Position numbers and translations under genes: made by a program. From NCBI GenBank assembly GCA_002269645.1, contig NIVC01003475.1:1-40882 (forward strand): a stretch of 40,882 nt of DNA. Direction: 5' to 3'. How positions within the stretch are numbered: the first letter of the stretch is position 1; each line of letters begins with the position of its first letter. Below are positions 1 to 13,350 of the stretch, piece after piece. Origin of the DNA: Macrostomum lignano (Eukaryota). Below the pieces are notes generated by a model. It was not told where the DNA came from, did not search any database, and was given only the letters and a program-made list of their open reading frames with translations.

Positions 1-791
1 TGGTAGGAAACACACAGTTGTCGTTTCCAGTAGATCCAGTAGACGCCTGGATTAGGCGTCCATGGTCCAGAAAAGCATATGCTGATTCAGACAGGTTCTG
101 ATATCTTTATTTTGTCGGACTTCCAAACCGCTTCGCCCTGATAGTTTTATCTCTCGTCTGTCTGTCTGCCTGTCTGTCTGCCTGTCTTTATCTATTCACC
201 GCTCTCTAGCATTCCAAACCCAACGTTTCACTTCTGCATTGCACTTATGCACTTATTTCTGAAATGTGCAACCCATCTGTAGCCCCCCTCCATGTCTCCC
301 TGAACCTGCGCATTCGTTAATCAGCATGCCGCAGTTTAATACGAGTAGGGGAAAGAAGTCTGCGTTGTTTCAACCAGGACAGAGAGGCTTCTATGATAAC
401 GCAACGAATTACTGTTTTATAGGATAGAAATAATCCATTACTTTTCCCCATTCGATTCTGCAAATTTTTGTAGCACCTATAATTTTGGTAATAAAGGTAG
501 AATAAACAGCTTTTACGTGGGTAGTTCTGTCTCGCTTGAACCTATGATGCAGCGGTTGTTGTTTAGATTTCAGAATTCTTTTATTCTGTCATTAATACTA
601 TAAAGCAGAACCCCGTATCGCATTAAAACATTCCAGACTGCAATTGAAATGACATTCTACTGTAAGTAGTACTGAGCTACTAGTCGAGACATCAATTTTT
701 TAGCCGCGTCCAAACAGATTTGGTTTTTCAATGTTAAAAGAATTGTTTTCGAACAGTTTCAAACAAAAAAATCCGGAAAAAATATATTTGT

Positions 792-1278
792 TAAAGGTCC
801 GTCTAAACCAAGGGCCAGATAAAGAATCTACGAGTAGATCATCGCTGCGAGCCAGATGAGAGTGGGAAGGAGAGGGAATGGGAGAGAGAAAATAAGAAAG
901 AGGAAGATAAGAGATAGCAGAAGAGAGGAGAGGTGAGAGGCCAGATGAGAGATGCGATGAGGGATATGATAAGAGAGAGAGAGAAGAAATGAAAGGAGAG
1001 AAGAAAGGAGTATAAAAGAAGAAACAAGATAAGAGGAGAGAGGAGATGAGAGGAGAAAAGAGAGGAGATGAGAGGAGGGAGGAGAGATGTGAGAGAGAGG
1101 AGAGAGAAAGAGAGGAGATGAGAGGAGAGAGCAGAGGAGAGAAGAAAGAAGAAAAGAGAAGAGAGCTGAGAAGAGACAAACCTTGAGAGCGCCAGATTGC
1201 TATTGTGAAGTTTTAATGGACCCGAGGGCCGGATACGTTCGTAGAGAGGCTTCACAGGCCGCAAGGCTTCGACCCCTG
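792..1278. mobile_element. hAT/Charlie-like MITE copy 1 with expanded GA-rich interior
   Basis: Shares AAACCTTGAG...TGCTATTGTGAAGTTT...GGGCCGGATA..GAGAGGCTTC with 37700-37780 and, inverted, with 9955-10015. Ends GACCCCTG. The left terminus is degenerate. Confidence 0.6.
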
Positions 1279-1460
1279 GTCTAAACTATCGGGCATTTTG
1301 ATTCCTCTGCAATGAATTTAAACACCGAATAGGGATCTTCTCGAGGAAAGCAAGACTTTATTATTGCCTTGGCTTAAATCACGAAAAATAATTCTACAAA
1401 GAATTATTATCGTTAACAGATTCGAACCAATTACTAGTAATGACAGCTACTCAGACTCAC

Positions 1461-2219
1461 GGCCTCGACCGGCGTCTTCGCATGAAAGCGTCCTGCAATT
1501 CCCTTTCCAATAGTTGGTTGTCCGCCGTATAGCTGAATGGCTTTTTGTCCTGCGGTCCGCCCTGATAGTATAGGTTCAGTAGCTTGTCCGGTACCTGCTG
1601 CTGTTGCGGTTGAGGCTGCTGGTTGAACAAATTGTACTGACTGCCACCAGTTCTGAACGAGTGCGGCAGCGTCGCCGCACTGCAACTGCGTCGCAAGTTA
1701 GACAGCGGGTCCGGCGGATCCCACGCGTTGTTGGCCATAAACTGCTGCTGCTGCTGCGGCTGCTGCAACTGTCTGACGTAGCTGTGGTATGCGGCCGACC
1801 GAGCCACACTGGACGCGTTGCGTCTTCGAACCGCTTGGCCGAGCTGGTTCTGCTGCGACATTGCCGGCGATTCGTCCGTTGACGACTGGGAAATCCCAAC
1901 CATGGGACTCATCCGGGCTTCTTGACTGTTCACCCGACGGAATGCTGGTTGGGCCGTGGACCAGGCCGTCATTGGCGCTGGGTTGTGCGTCTGCAGCAAG
2001 TTGACAACGCTGGACGACGGGCTGAGACAATCGTCGGCTAGCAGACTCTGAAATTGATTTTGTTGTTGCTGTTGATGGAGCTGCTGCTCGCGCTGCTGCT
2101 GGAACTGATAGCGCAACTGCTGGTGCGGCTGCATGAGCTGGCAGTGCAGCAGAGACAGCTGACGCCTAGTCCGTCCTGGTGAGCCCGAGTATTCCGACTG
2201 GCAGCTGCGCATTTTGTCT
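1461..2219 (-). CDS. PDZ-domain protein, large Gln-rich exon (probably exon 3); gene continues toward or beyond the window start
   Basis: The 251-aa ORF 1457-2212 is Q/S-rich with a GGPQDKKPFSYT motif. A phase-2 acceptor (AATAG|A GAC AAA ATG) matches the exon 2 donor, and the exon ends at a phase-2 donor CC|GTGAGT. Intervening exons are not excluded. Confidence 0.65.
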
Positions 2220-4031
2220 CTATTGCACGCCTTTAGATTTTCTCAATAATATTGATTTGCTATATGAAAGTAGGAAGTTTTGGCGAGGATCAAACGCTAT
2301 ATAGTCGGGCTCGGAGACCCAAGACCAGAAGTGATACAGCAGCCAGGTGCGTAAAAATAGAATTCACCCACTCCGTTCTGTCCTTTCATCTCGGCCCTTC
2401 TGTCTATCTCTCTACCAGCAATTGAATCCTTCATCCAATCCACCTCCCTCCAGAAAGAGCGCGCCCTTCACGAATGCCCCTTTAGATACGTTCCTTTTTT
2501 CTCCTAAATTTCCTTCCCACGTGATGCTTAGGTAGTCGGGGCATTGCTGTGTCACTGGTAAGACAGTGCGCCAGGCGTATTACTCGTAACCTGCGTCGCG
2601 CGCGATTGGAGCCGTTGCGGATTGGGACTTTACTGGAGAGAGGAGCAAGCGATGGAACTGCAGAGTGTATTTTGGAATTAGTCCTAGCTGGGAGGGGAAT
2701 TGCTGCTGCGTTTATGATGATGCGAATCGGCTACGTGCATTCTCTCTCTGTCTCTCCCTCTATACGCAGCAGCTCTCGGAAACCTGCGCCAAATCTAGGC
2801 TATAGCTACAGTTGTTGAAATCCCAAAGGTAGCTTAGCTTAGTGCTTCAAAATGTCTTCCTATTCGCTAAACGGAATATTCTGGCTCCCTTAACGGTACC
2901 TTGGCAACATCCAAGCCGTGCCAACTGCCCAGAAACACCATTTCGAATCGAAAATTGCAACACTGCATGCACTCTGGAATCCGAAACACAAGCACCACTA
3001 GTCTCTGCTTGGTGGGTCATAACTTAAGCAGTGCGCGATGCAACAAACTGAACACAACCGTACAGGGGTGGCAGCTGTTGTAGCTTGTCGGTGATGGCTT
3101 AAGAAACATTCACTAGGGCATGTCACCAAGTGTATGACTTAGCGCTCGTTCCAACGATCTCTATATAACTCATATCTACTTTCATCTCTCTATATTTTCC
3201 TTGGTTTATATAAAAGCTCGATGAAATGCCACCGCAAGTTCAACGCAATTACAGAACGTTCAGTGATCAAACCTTGCGCTACAGTGTTTGAAGTGTTCGA
3301 TAAGGCTCTCTGTAGAATTCAGAAACGAACTTACCGTGTTTCTCGAGTGCCTCGGAGAAGCGGACAGCATAGAGTGCAGATCGTTAGAAGATAGTTCACT
3401 GCTGAAGCCGCTTCTAGAAACGGGTGATAAAATTACAAAGTGTAGATTAACTCAGGTAGAGGGCTCGCTGAGAGGGTGCAAAACAAAGTACGAGTATTTA
3501 TTCGACCATGACAATGATAAATGATCTCATAAATGAATATGTACCAAGATCCACTCCAGTTCTATTTAGATCTCGCTAAAAACACGTCGGTGTTCGAAAG
3601 AGAATTCCTTAAAGGTTCCAAGGTGCAAAAGGGAAATCTTTATATATGTATGGGCCTAGTGGCTGAACACTCTGTGTGCTAACAACGTAGCTGACCGTTA
3701 GACCCCCTAAGCCTTCAGTGTCGGTTCTGAACGTCGGAAGTAGACTGATAGTGTGTAATCTGCGTGCACTGGCGTTCTGACAATCCCGCGGCCTGCAGCG
3801 CTCTCGATAAAATGAATCGGTCGGTCGGTCTGTCTGTCTGGGCGCAAGCGGGAGGTCTTAAGAGCCTCGGCCGAGCTAATTAAGGAGGAACGAGAATCTA
3901 CCGAAGCCTGCTAGCTAGAGTCAAAGATGCGCTTCAGTGGCTCCAGAAATGCATTTGTAGCTTCTGTGCTGGAGCTGCACAGGTACCGAACTGTTTATGT
4001 ATATCTATCCGTGTGTATCTGTGTATCTATG

Positions 4032-4647
<616 letters not shown>

Positions 4648-5221
4648 ACTAAAGCGTTTCCATAAACGCCTGTAAGACGTCTACGAGATTCGGATGTATG
4701 AAACCTTTCCCGGTGCAGTGAGCGAGTCAGACTAGAATTTTTTTTCTTTCTCCACCCTTGCAAACCTGCACCCCCACCACAGCTTTCTATTCTGACGTGT
4801 TCTGCTATGGATTTCCCCTGTCTTCTGCTTGCATACATGCTGCTGCAGTTGCCAGGCTAATTACGAAAATGCAAAAATGCAAAATTCGGTAATAGTGTTC
4901 GTATAGCTCGGTAGAAACGCTAAACGCCAGAAGCCAGTCATGAAAAAAGCAACACAACGTTTCGACTTGTTGCGGCGGATTTGCAGCGCAAGACAAAAAT
5001 CGGTTCTGTCGGTTCTCGTACAACCAAATTCTTTGCATCTCGATGCTGCTGGCTGATAACGCTGTTTCTTTGGGTGTAAGCAAATTTCAGCAGGATTTGG
5101 TGCAGCTGTTTTTTCAATTAATAATAATTTCTTTTTATAGTCTAGCGCTACTTGTTGGATCAAAATGGAAACAGAATAAAGCATAGTATTCACAGTATTG
5201 AGCTTGATTAATTGTTAGAAA

Positions 5222-5535
5222 GCATGAACCATTGTCAGGAAGCATGACCCACTATCAGGAAGCATGACCCATCTACTTCAGACCATGACCCATCTACTTC
5301 AGACCATGACCCATCTTCAGACCATGACCCATCTACTTCAGACCATGACCCATCTACTTCAGAGCATGACCCATCTACCCCAGAGTATGACCCATCTACC
5401 CCAGAGTATGACCCATCTACCTCAGAGCATGACCCATCTATTTCAGAGTATGACCGATCTACCTCAGAGCACGACCCATCTACCTCAGAGTATGACCCAT
5501 CTACCTCAGAGCATGACCCATCTACTTCAGACCTA
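5222..5535. repeat. 21-bp minisatellite (AGCATGACCCATCTACTTCAG)
   Basis: About 15 units; produces the spurious MTHLLQT ORF. Confidence 0.95.
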
Positions 5536-5600
5536 TGACCTAGGGCCTATGACCCTGACGAACATAAAATCGAGCGCCACGGAGCGCACTGTATACTCAC

Positions 5601-5752
5601 GGTATAATTTCCAACGCCATCGTACCGCTGTTGCGTTTTAACATTTGCATAGCGTCGCTATAGGTGAGGTCGGCGCCCCGACAGCCGTCGATGAACTCGA
5701 TGGTGTCGCCTTTCTGCAGACCGGCCAGAGCTGCTGGACTGCCCGGAGTGAC
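5601..5752 (-). CDS. PDZ-domain protein, coding exon 2 (second half of PDZ)
   Basis: Translates VTPGSPAALAGLQKGDTIEFIDGCRGADLTYSDAMQMLKRNSGTMALEII, a canonical PDZ betaC-betaF segment. Acceptor is CAAG|, donor is CC|GTGAGT (phase 2). Not in the ORF track. Confidence 0.85.
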
Positions 5753-5984
5753 CTTGGAGTGTACCGGTAATTTAGCACTAGTTATTATTCCGTTAGTGAA
5801 ATGTCTGATATTGCTACTGCCAGTAGTAGCGCGTGAACTGCTTCTTCACTTCTATCTACGTTTTCACATATCACAGATTTTATTGCACATGAATTTCTCT
5901 GTAACGATGCAATGTTTTAAATTTAGCCAAATTTTTGGCATGTTTTGAAAATTTTTGTTTGTAAATCTCATTCTTATGAGGCCG

Positions 5985-6975
5985 TAAACAGTGTTTTTGA
6001 AGCCGTAAACAGTGTTTATAAAGCTGTAATCAGCGTTATCGAAGCTGTAATCAGTCTTTGTGAAACTGTAGTCAGTGTTTGTAAAACTGTAGTCGATGCT
6101 TGTAAAACTGTAATCAGTGTTTGTAAAGCTGTAATCAAGTGTTTGCAAAGCTGTAATCAGTGTTTGTAAAGCTGTAATCACTGCTTGTGAAGCTGTAATT
6201 AGTGTTTGTAAAGCTTTAATCAGTGTTTGTAAAGCTGTAATCAGTGTTTGTAAAACTGTAATCAGTGCTTCTAAAACTGTAATCAGTGTTTGTAAAGCTG
6301 CAATCAGTGTTTGTAAAACTGTAATCAGTGTTTGTAAAGCTGTAATCAGTGTTTGTAAAACTGTAATCAGTGCTTCTAAAACTGTAATCAGTGTTTGTGA
6401 AGCTGCAATCAGTGTTTGTAAAACTGTAATCAGTGCTTGTAAAGCTGTAATCAGTGTTTGCAAAGCTGTAATCAGTGTTTGTAAAGCTGTAATCAGTGTT
6501 TGTAAAACTGTAATCAGTGCTTGTAAAACTGTAATCAGTGTTTGTAAAGCTGCAATCAGTGTTATCGAAGCTGTAATCAGTCTTTGTAAAGCTGTAATCA
6601 GTGTTTGTAAAGCTGTAATCAGTGTTTGTAAAGCTGTAATCAGTGTTTGTAAAGCTGTAATCAGTGTTTGTAAAACTGTAATCAGTGTTTGTAAAACTGT
6701 AATCAGTGTTTATAAAACTGTAATCAGTGTTTGTGAAACTGTAATCAGTGTTTGTGAAGCTGTAATTAGTGTTTGTAAAGCTGTAATCAGTCTTAATGAG
6801 GCTGTAATCAGTGTTTGTAAAGCTGTAATCAGTCTTAATGAAACTGTAAACAGTGTTTGTAAAGCTATAATCAGTGTTTGTAAAACTGTAATCAGTGTTC
6901 GTAAAGCCGCAATCAGTGTTTGCAAAGCTGTAATCAGTGTTTGTAAATCTGTAATCAGTGTTTGTAAAAATGTAA
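5985..6975. repeat. 21-bp minisatellite (TGTAATCAGTGTTTGTAAAGC)
   Basis: About 45 units with A/G variants. Confidence 0.97.
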
Positions 6976-7782
6976 CCAGTGTGTTTTTGAGTGCTTTAAA
7001 TGCGTTATTAACGTCTATAAAGTAATCGCTTTTAAAAAAGCGCGGTGAAATTGGCGGTAGAAACCACATCAAAGCGCAAAGTTCGCAGCTAGGGAGCAAT
7101 TAGACACCAGTATTAGTGAGAGGCATAGAAAATGAAGGGCTTTGCTCTACTCTGTTACTTTTTGAAATGGCGCCACTGCTTGAATCGACAGTTGAAAAGT
7201 TTCCTATAGCTTGCTGTACAAATCGTACATTTGGACTTTTAAAGCCTTCTATTTTTAGCTCAACGCAGCTACATCACGTGCAGTATACGCTGTGTCTTGC
7301 GAACGCCTGTGTCCCTTACCCCCTGAGACAGGCTACACAGAGAGGGGGCAGAAAAGACGTCACTAGTACATGTACGAACGTAGGTAGGTAGAAAGAAATA
7401 GACAGTATTAAGCCTTATTACTCCTATGCTTTCCAACTGAACCTTGCTTTCTTGTGCAGCAACGAGAATTGGTTGATATTTTTTAAACAAATCTTTTCTC
7501 TCGAGTGTTTAAATTCAATAAATCAGCAGCCTGCGCATGGTCAGTTGTACCGCAACTGCGCCGTAACGACTTTTGCAGTTTGTACCCCCTGGCGATAATT
7601 AAACTATTTTTTAATATTCGTGTGCGTCAACCGCTGTTTTTTTTTGGTTTGAGTTCGTCCACTCGTTTCAGATTGCGATAAGTCTTGGTGAGCGAGGGAA
7701 AGAGAAATAGATTACCAAGCAGCCTCTAGCGGTGCGTGGCATACGTAGATAAGCTATAGGTATAGGATATATAAGCCGGAAA

Positions 7783-9769
7783 ATGGCCGATCAAGAGTTG
7801 CAAAACGAGCAGCAAAGTCCATTAGTAGCCAGCGGTTACACTGCCGCGAATCAGCCAGAAGGTGCAGAAACTGCTTCAACCGCAATGGGTCGAATGCCTG
7901 CTAACGAAGATGAGACTGGATTCGGTTACTTGAAATCCGCAGCCAGGTGCGAGAAGACGCCGAGAAAGAATTTAAGCTTGAGCTACGATTATTACGAATA
8001 TTTTGTGTATTCTCAGGTGAGTTTTGACTTTCAGTTCTGTTGACCCTATAGTATACAGAGATCTGGATTCTGGTAAACTGCTGGAAGACCCTGTAGTATA
8101 CAGAGAGCTGGATTCTGGTAAACTGCTGGAAGACACTGTAGTATACAGAGATCTGGATTCTGGTAAAGTGCTGGAAGACACTGTAGTATACAGAGACCTG
8201 GATTCTGGTAAACTGCTGGAAGACACTGTAGTATACAGAGAGCTGGATTCTGGTAAACTGCTGGAAGACACTGTAGTATACAGAGAGCTGGATTCTGGTA
8301 AACTGCTGGAAGACACTGTAGTATACAGAGAGCTGGATTCTGGTAAACTGCTGGAAGACACTGTAGTATACAGAGAGCTGGATTCTGGTAAACTGCTGGA
8401 AGACACTGTAGTATACAGAGAGCTGGATTCTGGTAAACTACTGGAAGACACTGTAGTATACAGAGAGCTGGATTCTGGTAAACTACTGGAAGACACTGTA
8501 GTATACAGAGAGCTGGATTCTGGTAAACTACTGGAAGACCCTGTAGTATACAGAGAGATGGATTCTGGTAAACTACTGGAAGACACTGTAGTATACAGAG
8601 AGCTGGATTCTGGTAAAGTGCTGGAAGACACTGTAGTATACAGAGATCTGGATTCTGGTAAACTACTGGAAGACCCTGTAGTATACAGAGAGCTGGATTC
8701 TGGTAAACTACTGGAAGACCCTGTAGTTATATTTTATAGAAAACAACAAAGATATTTGAGTATTTTTGACAAATCCATGTGAGACCTTGAATCATGTATT
8801 GAACCGATTTGCTCAAACCCAATTCTAAATGTTCAGTGCCTGCCAGCATGGCTCATGCTCGTCCTGCGCTTCATCATGGGCGGCATCTGCGTGTCGGTGT
8901 TCCTCTACATCACATTCTCGCAGCCATTCGTCAACTTTGTGCCTGACAACTCTACGGATTCCAACAGCGGCGCCTCGGACATAACATTTTTAGACAGCGG
9001 CAACGATACAACGACAAAGCCGCCGACCGTGTTTAAACGCCATTTCTTTCTGTGCTATTTGACCATCTGGAGCTACCTAGTGATTACAATTTACTTTATA
9101 GTTGCCATTGTGAACACTGTCACACTCTGGCTGTGCTCCGGTGGTCAGACATCGGCGAGTCTCGGTGCCACTTTATCTGTTCAGCGCTACAGCTTGTCAG
9201 CCAGCGGATTCAAGTCGACGGACAATCTGATGGGCAGTCGAGGCGATCCGGACTCAGCCTTGGCTGGCGACTCGAGTCCGCGTCAGGTCGGACTCCGGCT
9301 GCAGTGGCTCCTGTGCGGCATCGCCGCCAATGCTGCCCTGCTTGTCACCGGAGCATACTTTGGCGTGCTCTACCCAATGATCCAGAAGGCTAATCCCGCA
9401 CCTATCAATCCTATCGACGTTCTAGTGCACGCATTTAATTCAGTTTTCATGCTCACCGAAGTTCTATTCTCCGGAGTGCCAGTCAGACTGGTGCACGTGA
9501 TCTACACGGCATTATACGGCCTGATCTACAGTGCATTTAGCCTGCTGTACTGGCTGCCGGATCACAGCAATGTCATCTACCCGGTTCTGCTGGATTGGAA
9601 CCACGTTGGCTTAACCATCGGCATGATGTGTCTGCTTCTGTTCGTTGGCCTGCCAGTCATCCAGCTGCTTTGGTGGCTGATCTACCTGGCGCGCTGCTAC
9701 GTTGCCGGCTCGTTGCTAAACGGTCGCCATTCCTCTTCGTCTTGGAGTCCAGACGGTCTAAGGGTTTAA
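7783..9769 (+). CDS. rost: Protein rolling stone-like multi-pass membrane protein; join(7783..8016,8837..9769), about 388 aa
   Basis: Exon 1 ends FVYSQ|GTGAGT and exon 2 starts TTCAG|CLPAWLMLVLRF, in frame. Family motifs seen: YLTIWSY, LQWLL, YFGVLY, DVLVHAFNSVFMLTEVLFSGVPVRLVHVIYTALYGLIYSAFS, and IYPVLLDW. Orthology within the family is not established. Confidence 0.85.
8043..8727. repeat. 45-bp intronic minisatellite (CTGTAGTATACAGAGAGCTGGATTCTGGTAAACTGCTGGAAGACA)
   Basis: About 15 units inside the rolling-stone intron 8017-8836. Confidence 0.97.
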
Positions 9770-9933
9770 TTTAGTTTCAACAAGCCTTTCATGCCTAGAT
9801 GATTCTCTATATGCGTTCAATCAATGACGTCAATTTTTAGTTTTTGTCGATACAGATTGGTCGCGAAAGTTTTATGTAAAATTTTGCCAAAACTGTTGAA
9901 ACTCCCTAAACCTCCTTGGTTCTTTATGAGTAG

Positions 9934-10100
9934 TAGGAGTTGGCAAACTTCGGGCCGCGAAGCCTCTCTATCCGGCCCGATCCGACACTTCACAATAGCA
10001 ATCCGGTCCGCTTAAGTTCGTCTCTTCTCAGCTCTCTTCTCTCTTCTCTCATCTCTCTCTCTCATTATCTGGGCCCCATGTAAAAGTCTGCCGACCCCTG
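9934..10100. mobile_element. hAT/Charlie-like MITE copy 2 (opposite orientation)
   Basis: Termini are TAGGAGTTGGCAAACTT and AAGTCTGCCGACCCCTG, resembling the CAGGGGTCGGCAAAC termini of MER58/Charlie. The TSD is not conserved. Confidence 0.7.
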
Positions 10101-11364
10101 CCCTAAGCAATAATTTAAGAGACTAAGCTCACCGTAAACACCTTATAGTTTTTTCTAACATTTTCGAGCCCTCGTGCAAGCCTTCATAATACTGTTCCAT
10201 TTTATTCAATAGTTTTTTAGCATCGAAATTCAGTGGTTATACGGTAAATTAAAAGGCTATATTTTAATACCTTTTGATACCTGTTTCTGTCAAACTGAAT
10301 TTGGGGTCTTTTTGTGAATGCAAAAGTACACCCTGGGTATATTTTTTTAATTAGCGCCAAGTTACAATGGAAAATATGTTACCTCATTTTCCTTTCGAAC
10401 CAGATTTAGGCAACAATTTGTTTTGTTAAATCTGCGAATAAAATTATAAGTACTACTGATTTCAGTAATATAAAAATCTAGATTTCGGTTGCTCACTTAG
10501 AAAAAATGCTTTTATCCTGAAAAAATTGGTTACTTTTTAACGATACAGAATTATGCTCGCTGGCTTGATCTTGTTTACTACATGTACTTCAGAACTTTGC
10601 TTGACCACGGAACGCTCTAAGAAAAAAGACTACGATGGCCCCAGGGTGACAACAAGCCCTCCTGCAACTACATGTATTAAATAGTTAATTACTGAACGTT
10701 GTTTTTTAGCAAACCTGTTTGTACCTGTCTGCACCGTTTCAGCAAACGAGTTGCGCTACGAGACTAATAATACGCATCGAAAGTGCAGCCCTGATGATAA
10801 CATAGGAACATGCAGACGAATTCCTACTCCTTTCCACGGTTACCAACCACCCCAAATGCAGCCGTATATAATGCACGAATATTTTGTTTATTGCCAGGGA
10901 GAAAACTTCGGTTTCCCGAAAGAGGATTTTGATTGCCGATTCGGAATCGTGGATTAACGGTCAAGAAAATATCTTACAATGCGCCCCTACACATGCAGAG
11001 GGGCGCATCTCCTGAATTCATCCCATCCTTACTAAGCCCTCCATGTGCTGCTGCATTTGCACACGAGCCAGACTAGTCTAGACCTTCAGGCAGGGGGCCA
11101 CGCAGTCTGCGCATCGGCAAATTGGTGACATTTTACTGCGCTGGAAAGCAAGGAGACATGGCGACCGCGGTTACTGTTAGCTGTTAATGCCAATAGAAAA
11201 CTTACAGTAAAGTACAAACGTGACGAATCGAAGCTCTGTAGAAATAATAGGCGAAAATCTATCTACATGTATTAAAAAATCATGCCTCGTAGCTTTTTGC
11301 CTCTGGCGTAATGCGTGTATCCATCCTAAAATATGTATTGAGCCTTCTTAAAAGGTATCAGGAT

Positions 11365-12560
11365 CACTAAGACGGTGTCAGTATCCCTAAGAAGATGTCA
11401 GAATCTCCAAAAGGGTTTCAGAGTCTCTAAGAGGATGTCAGAGTCTCTAAGAGGATGTCAGAGTCTCCAAAAAGGGTGCCAGGTTCTCTAAGAGGATGTC
11501 AGAGTCTCCAAAAAGGGTGTCAGTGTCCCTAAGAGGATGTCAGAGTCTCCAAAAAGGGTGTCAGTGTCCCTAAGAGGATGTCAGAGTCTCCAAAAAGGGT
11601 GTCAGTGTCCCTAAGAGGATGTCAGAGTCTCCAAAAAGGGTGTCAGTGTCTCTAAGAGGATGTCAGAGTCTCCAAAAGGGTGTCAGTGTCCCTAAGAGGA
11701 TGTCAGAGTCTCCAGAAAGGGTGTCAGTGTCCCTAAGAGGATGTCAGAGTCTCCAAAAAGGGTGTCAGTGTCCCTAAGAGGATGTCAGAGTCTCCAAAAG
11801 GGTGTCAGTGTCCCTAAGAGGATGTCAGAGTCTCCAAAAAGGGTGTCAGTGTCTCTAAGAGGATGTCAGAGTCTCCAAAAAGGGTGTCAGTGTCCCTAAG
11901 AGGATGTCAGAGTCTCCAAAAAGGGTGCCAGGGTCTCTAAGAGGATGTCAGAGTCTCCAAAAAGGGTGTCAGTGTCTCTAAGAGGATGTCAGAGTCTCCA
12001 AAAGGGTTTCAGGGTCTCTAAGAGGATGTCAGAGTCTCCAAAAGGGTTTCAGGGTCTCTAAGAGGATGTCAGAGTCTACAAAAGGGTGTCAGTGTCTCTA
12101 AGAGGATGTCAGAGTCTCCAAAAAGGGTGCCAGGGTCTCTAAGAGGATGTCAGAGTCTACAAAAGGGTGTCAGTGTCTCTAAGAGGATGTCAGAGTCTCC
12201 AAAAAGGGTGCCAGGGTCTCTAAGAGGATGTCAGAGTCTACAAAAAAGTGTGTCAGTGTCCCTAAGAGGATGTCAGAGTCTACAAAAAAGGGTGTCAGTG
12301 TCCCTAAGAGGATGTCAGAGTCTCCAAAAAGTGCCAGGGTCTGTAAAAGGATATCAGAGTCTACAAAAAAGGGTGTCAGTGTCTCTAAGAGGATGTCAGA
12401 GTCTACAAAAGGGTTTCAGGGTCTCTAAGAGGATTTCAGAGTCTCCAAAAAGTGCCAGGGTCTGTAAAAGGATATCAGAGTCTACAAAAGGTTGTCAGGG
12501 TCTCTAAGAGGATGTCAGAGTCCCGAAAAAGTTGTCGCAGTCTCTAAGATGGTTTCAGAG
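11365..12560. repeat. About 41-bp minisatellite (CTAAGAGGATGTCAGAGTCTCCAAAAAGGGTGTCAGTGTCC)
   Basis: About 28 units with a variable A-run and degenerate edges. Confidence 0.97.
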
Positions 12561-12949
12561 TGTGCTCTATAAAGTTTTCGGTCGTCAGCTGTGCAAGTCA
12601 ATTTCCCGAATCTTCCTAGATCGCTTGAAGTTCGATTCGTGCAAAAAAATAAAATGTTTTTTACAACACACTTGCAATCTTGTTTTATTATGACCGATCC
12701 ACCACCCTTAAATACTATACTATTTGGCTTACAATTCTTTAACGTATGATGCTCTGCGTGTAAACTATCCAGATCGAAATATCTCTAATACTTAGCTAAT
12801 TTGATTTTATTGCCGTGCAACCAAATTTGTTTTGACTATAAGTTTAAGTATTTCATATATAGTCTATGAACTTTTGAAGGGGGAATAGAAAGTCAGAGAG
12901 ACAGACAAACAGAATATTAAAAGGAGAATATAGGATTATCTCAACTGGT

Positions 12950-13350
12950 TACGCACTGTTTATGGCCACAATCGAATACACACTGTTTATGGTGATGAAT
13001 GATTAGGTCTGTTTATGGTAAATTGATGATTAGACATTGTCTATGGCCACAAATGATTACACACTGTCTATGGCCTCAACTGATTGTAAACACACTGTCT
13101 ATGGTCTCTACTGATTACACACTGTCTATGGCCTCAACTGATTGTAAACACACTGTCTATGGTCTCTACTGATTACACCCAGTCTATGGCCTCAACTGAT
13201 TGTAAACACACTGTCTATGGTCTCTACTGATTACACCCAGTCTATGGCCTCAACTGATTGTAAACACACTGTCTATGGTCTCTACTGATTACACACAGTC
13301 TATGGTAAATGGATGATTACACACGGTTTATGGTCTCAACTGATTACACA
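12950..13350. repeat. 27/31-bp alternating (58-bp dimeric) minisatellite with core ACACTGTCTATGG
   Basis: Directly visible alternation of two subunits. Confidence 0.9.

Noticed and set aside
700-1264. Ser/Leu-rich minus-strand ORFs
   Set aside because: Reverse translation of the GA-rich MITE interior.
3660-4030. Searched for a PLE 3' end or hammerhead upstream of the long (CTAT)n array
   Set aside because: No CUGANGA/GAAA core with pairing stems and no similarity to 15941-16200 was found.
5864-7099. LQTLITA-repeat ORFs resembling coiled coils
   Set aside because: Produced by the 21-bp minisatellite; no splice context.
10979-11008. 10-bp stem hairpin ATGCGCCCCT…AGGGGCGCAT
   Set aside because: An isolated short palindrome is expected by chance in 40 kb; it has no TSD or second copy.
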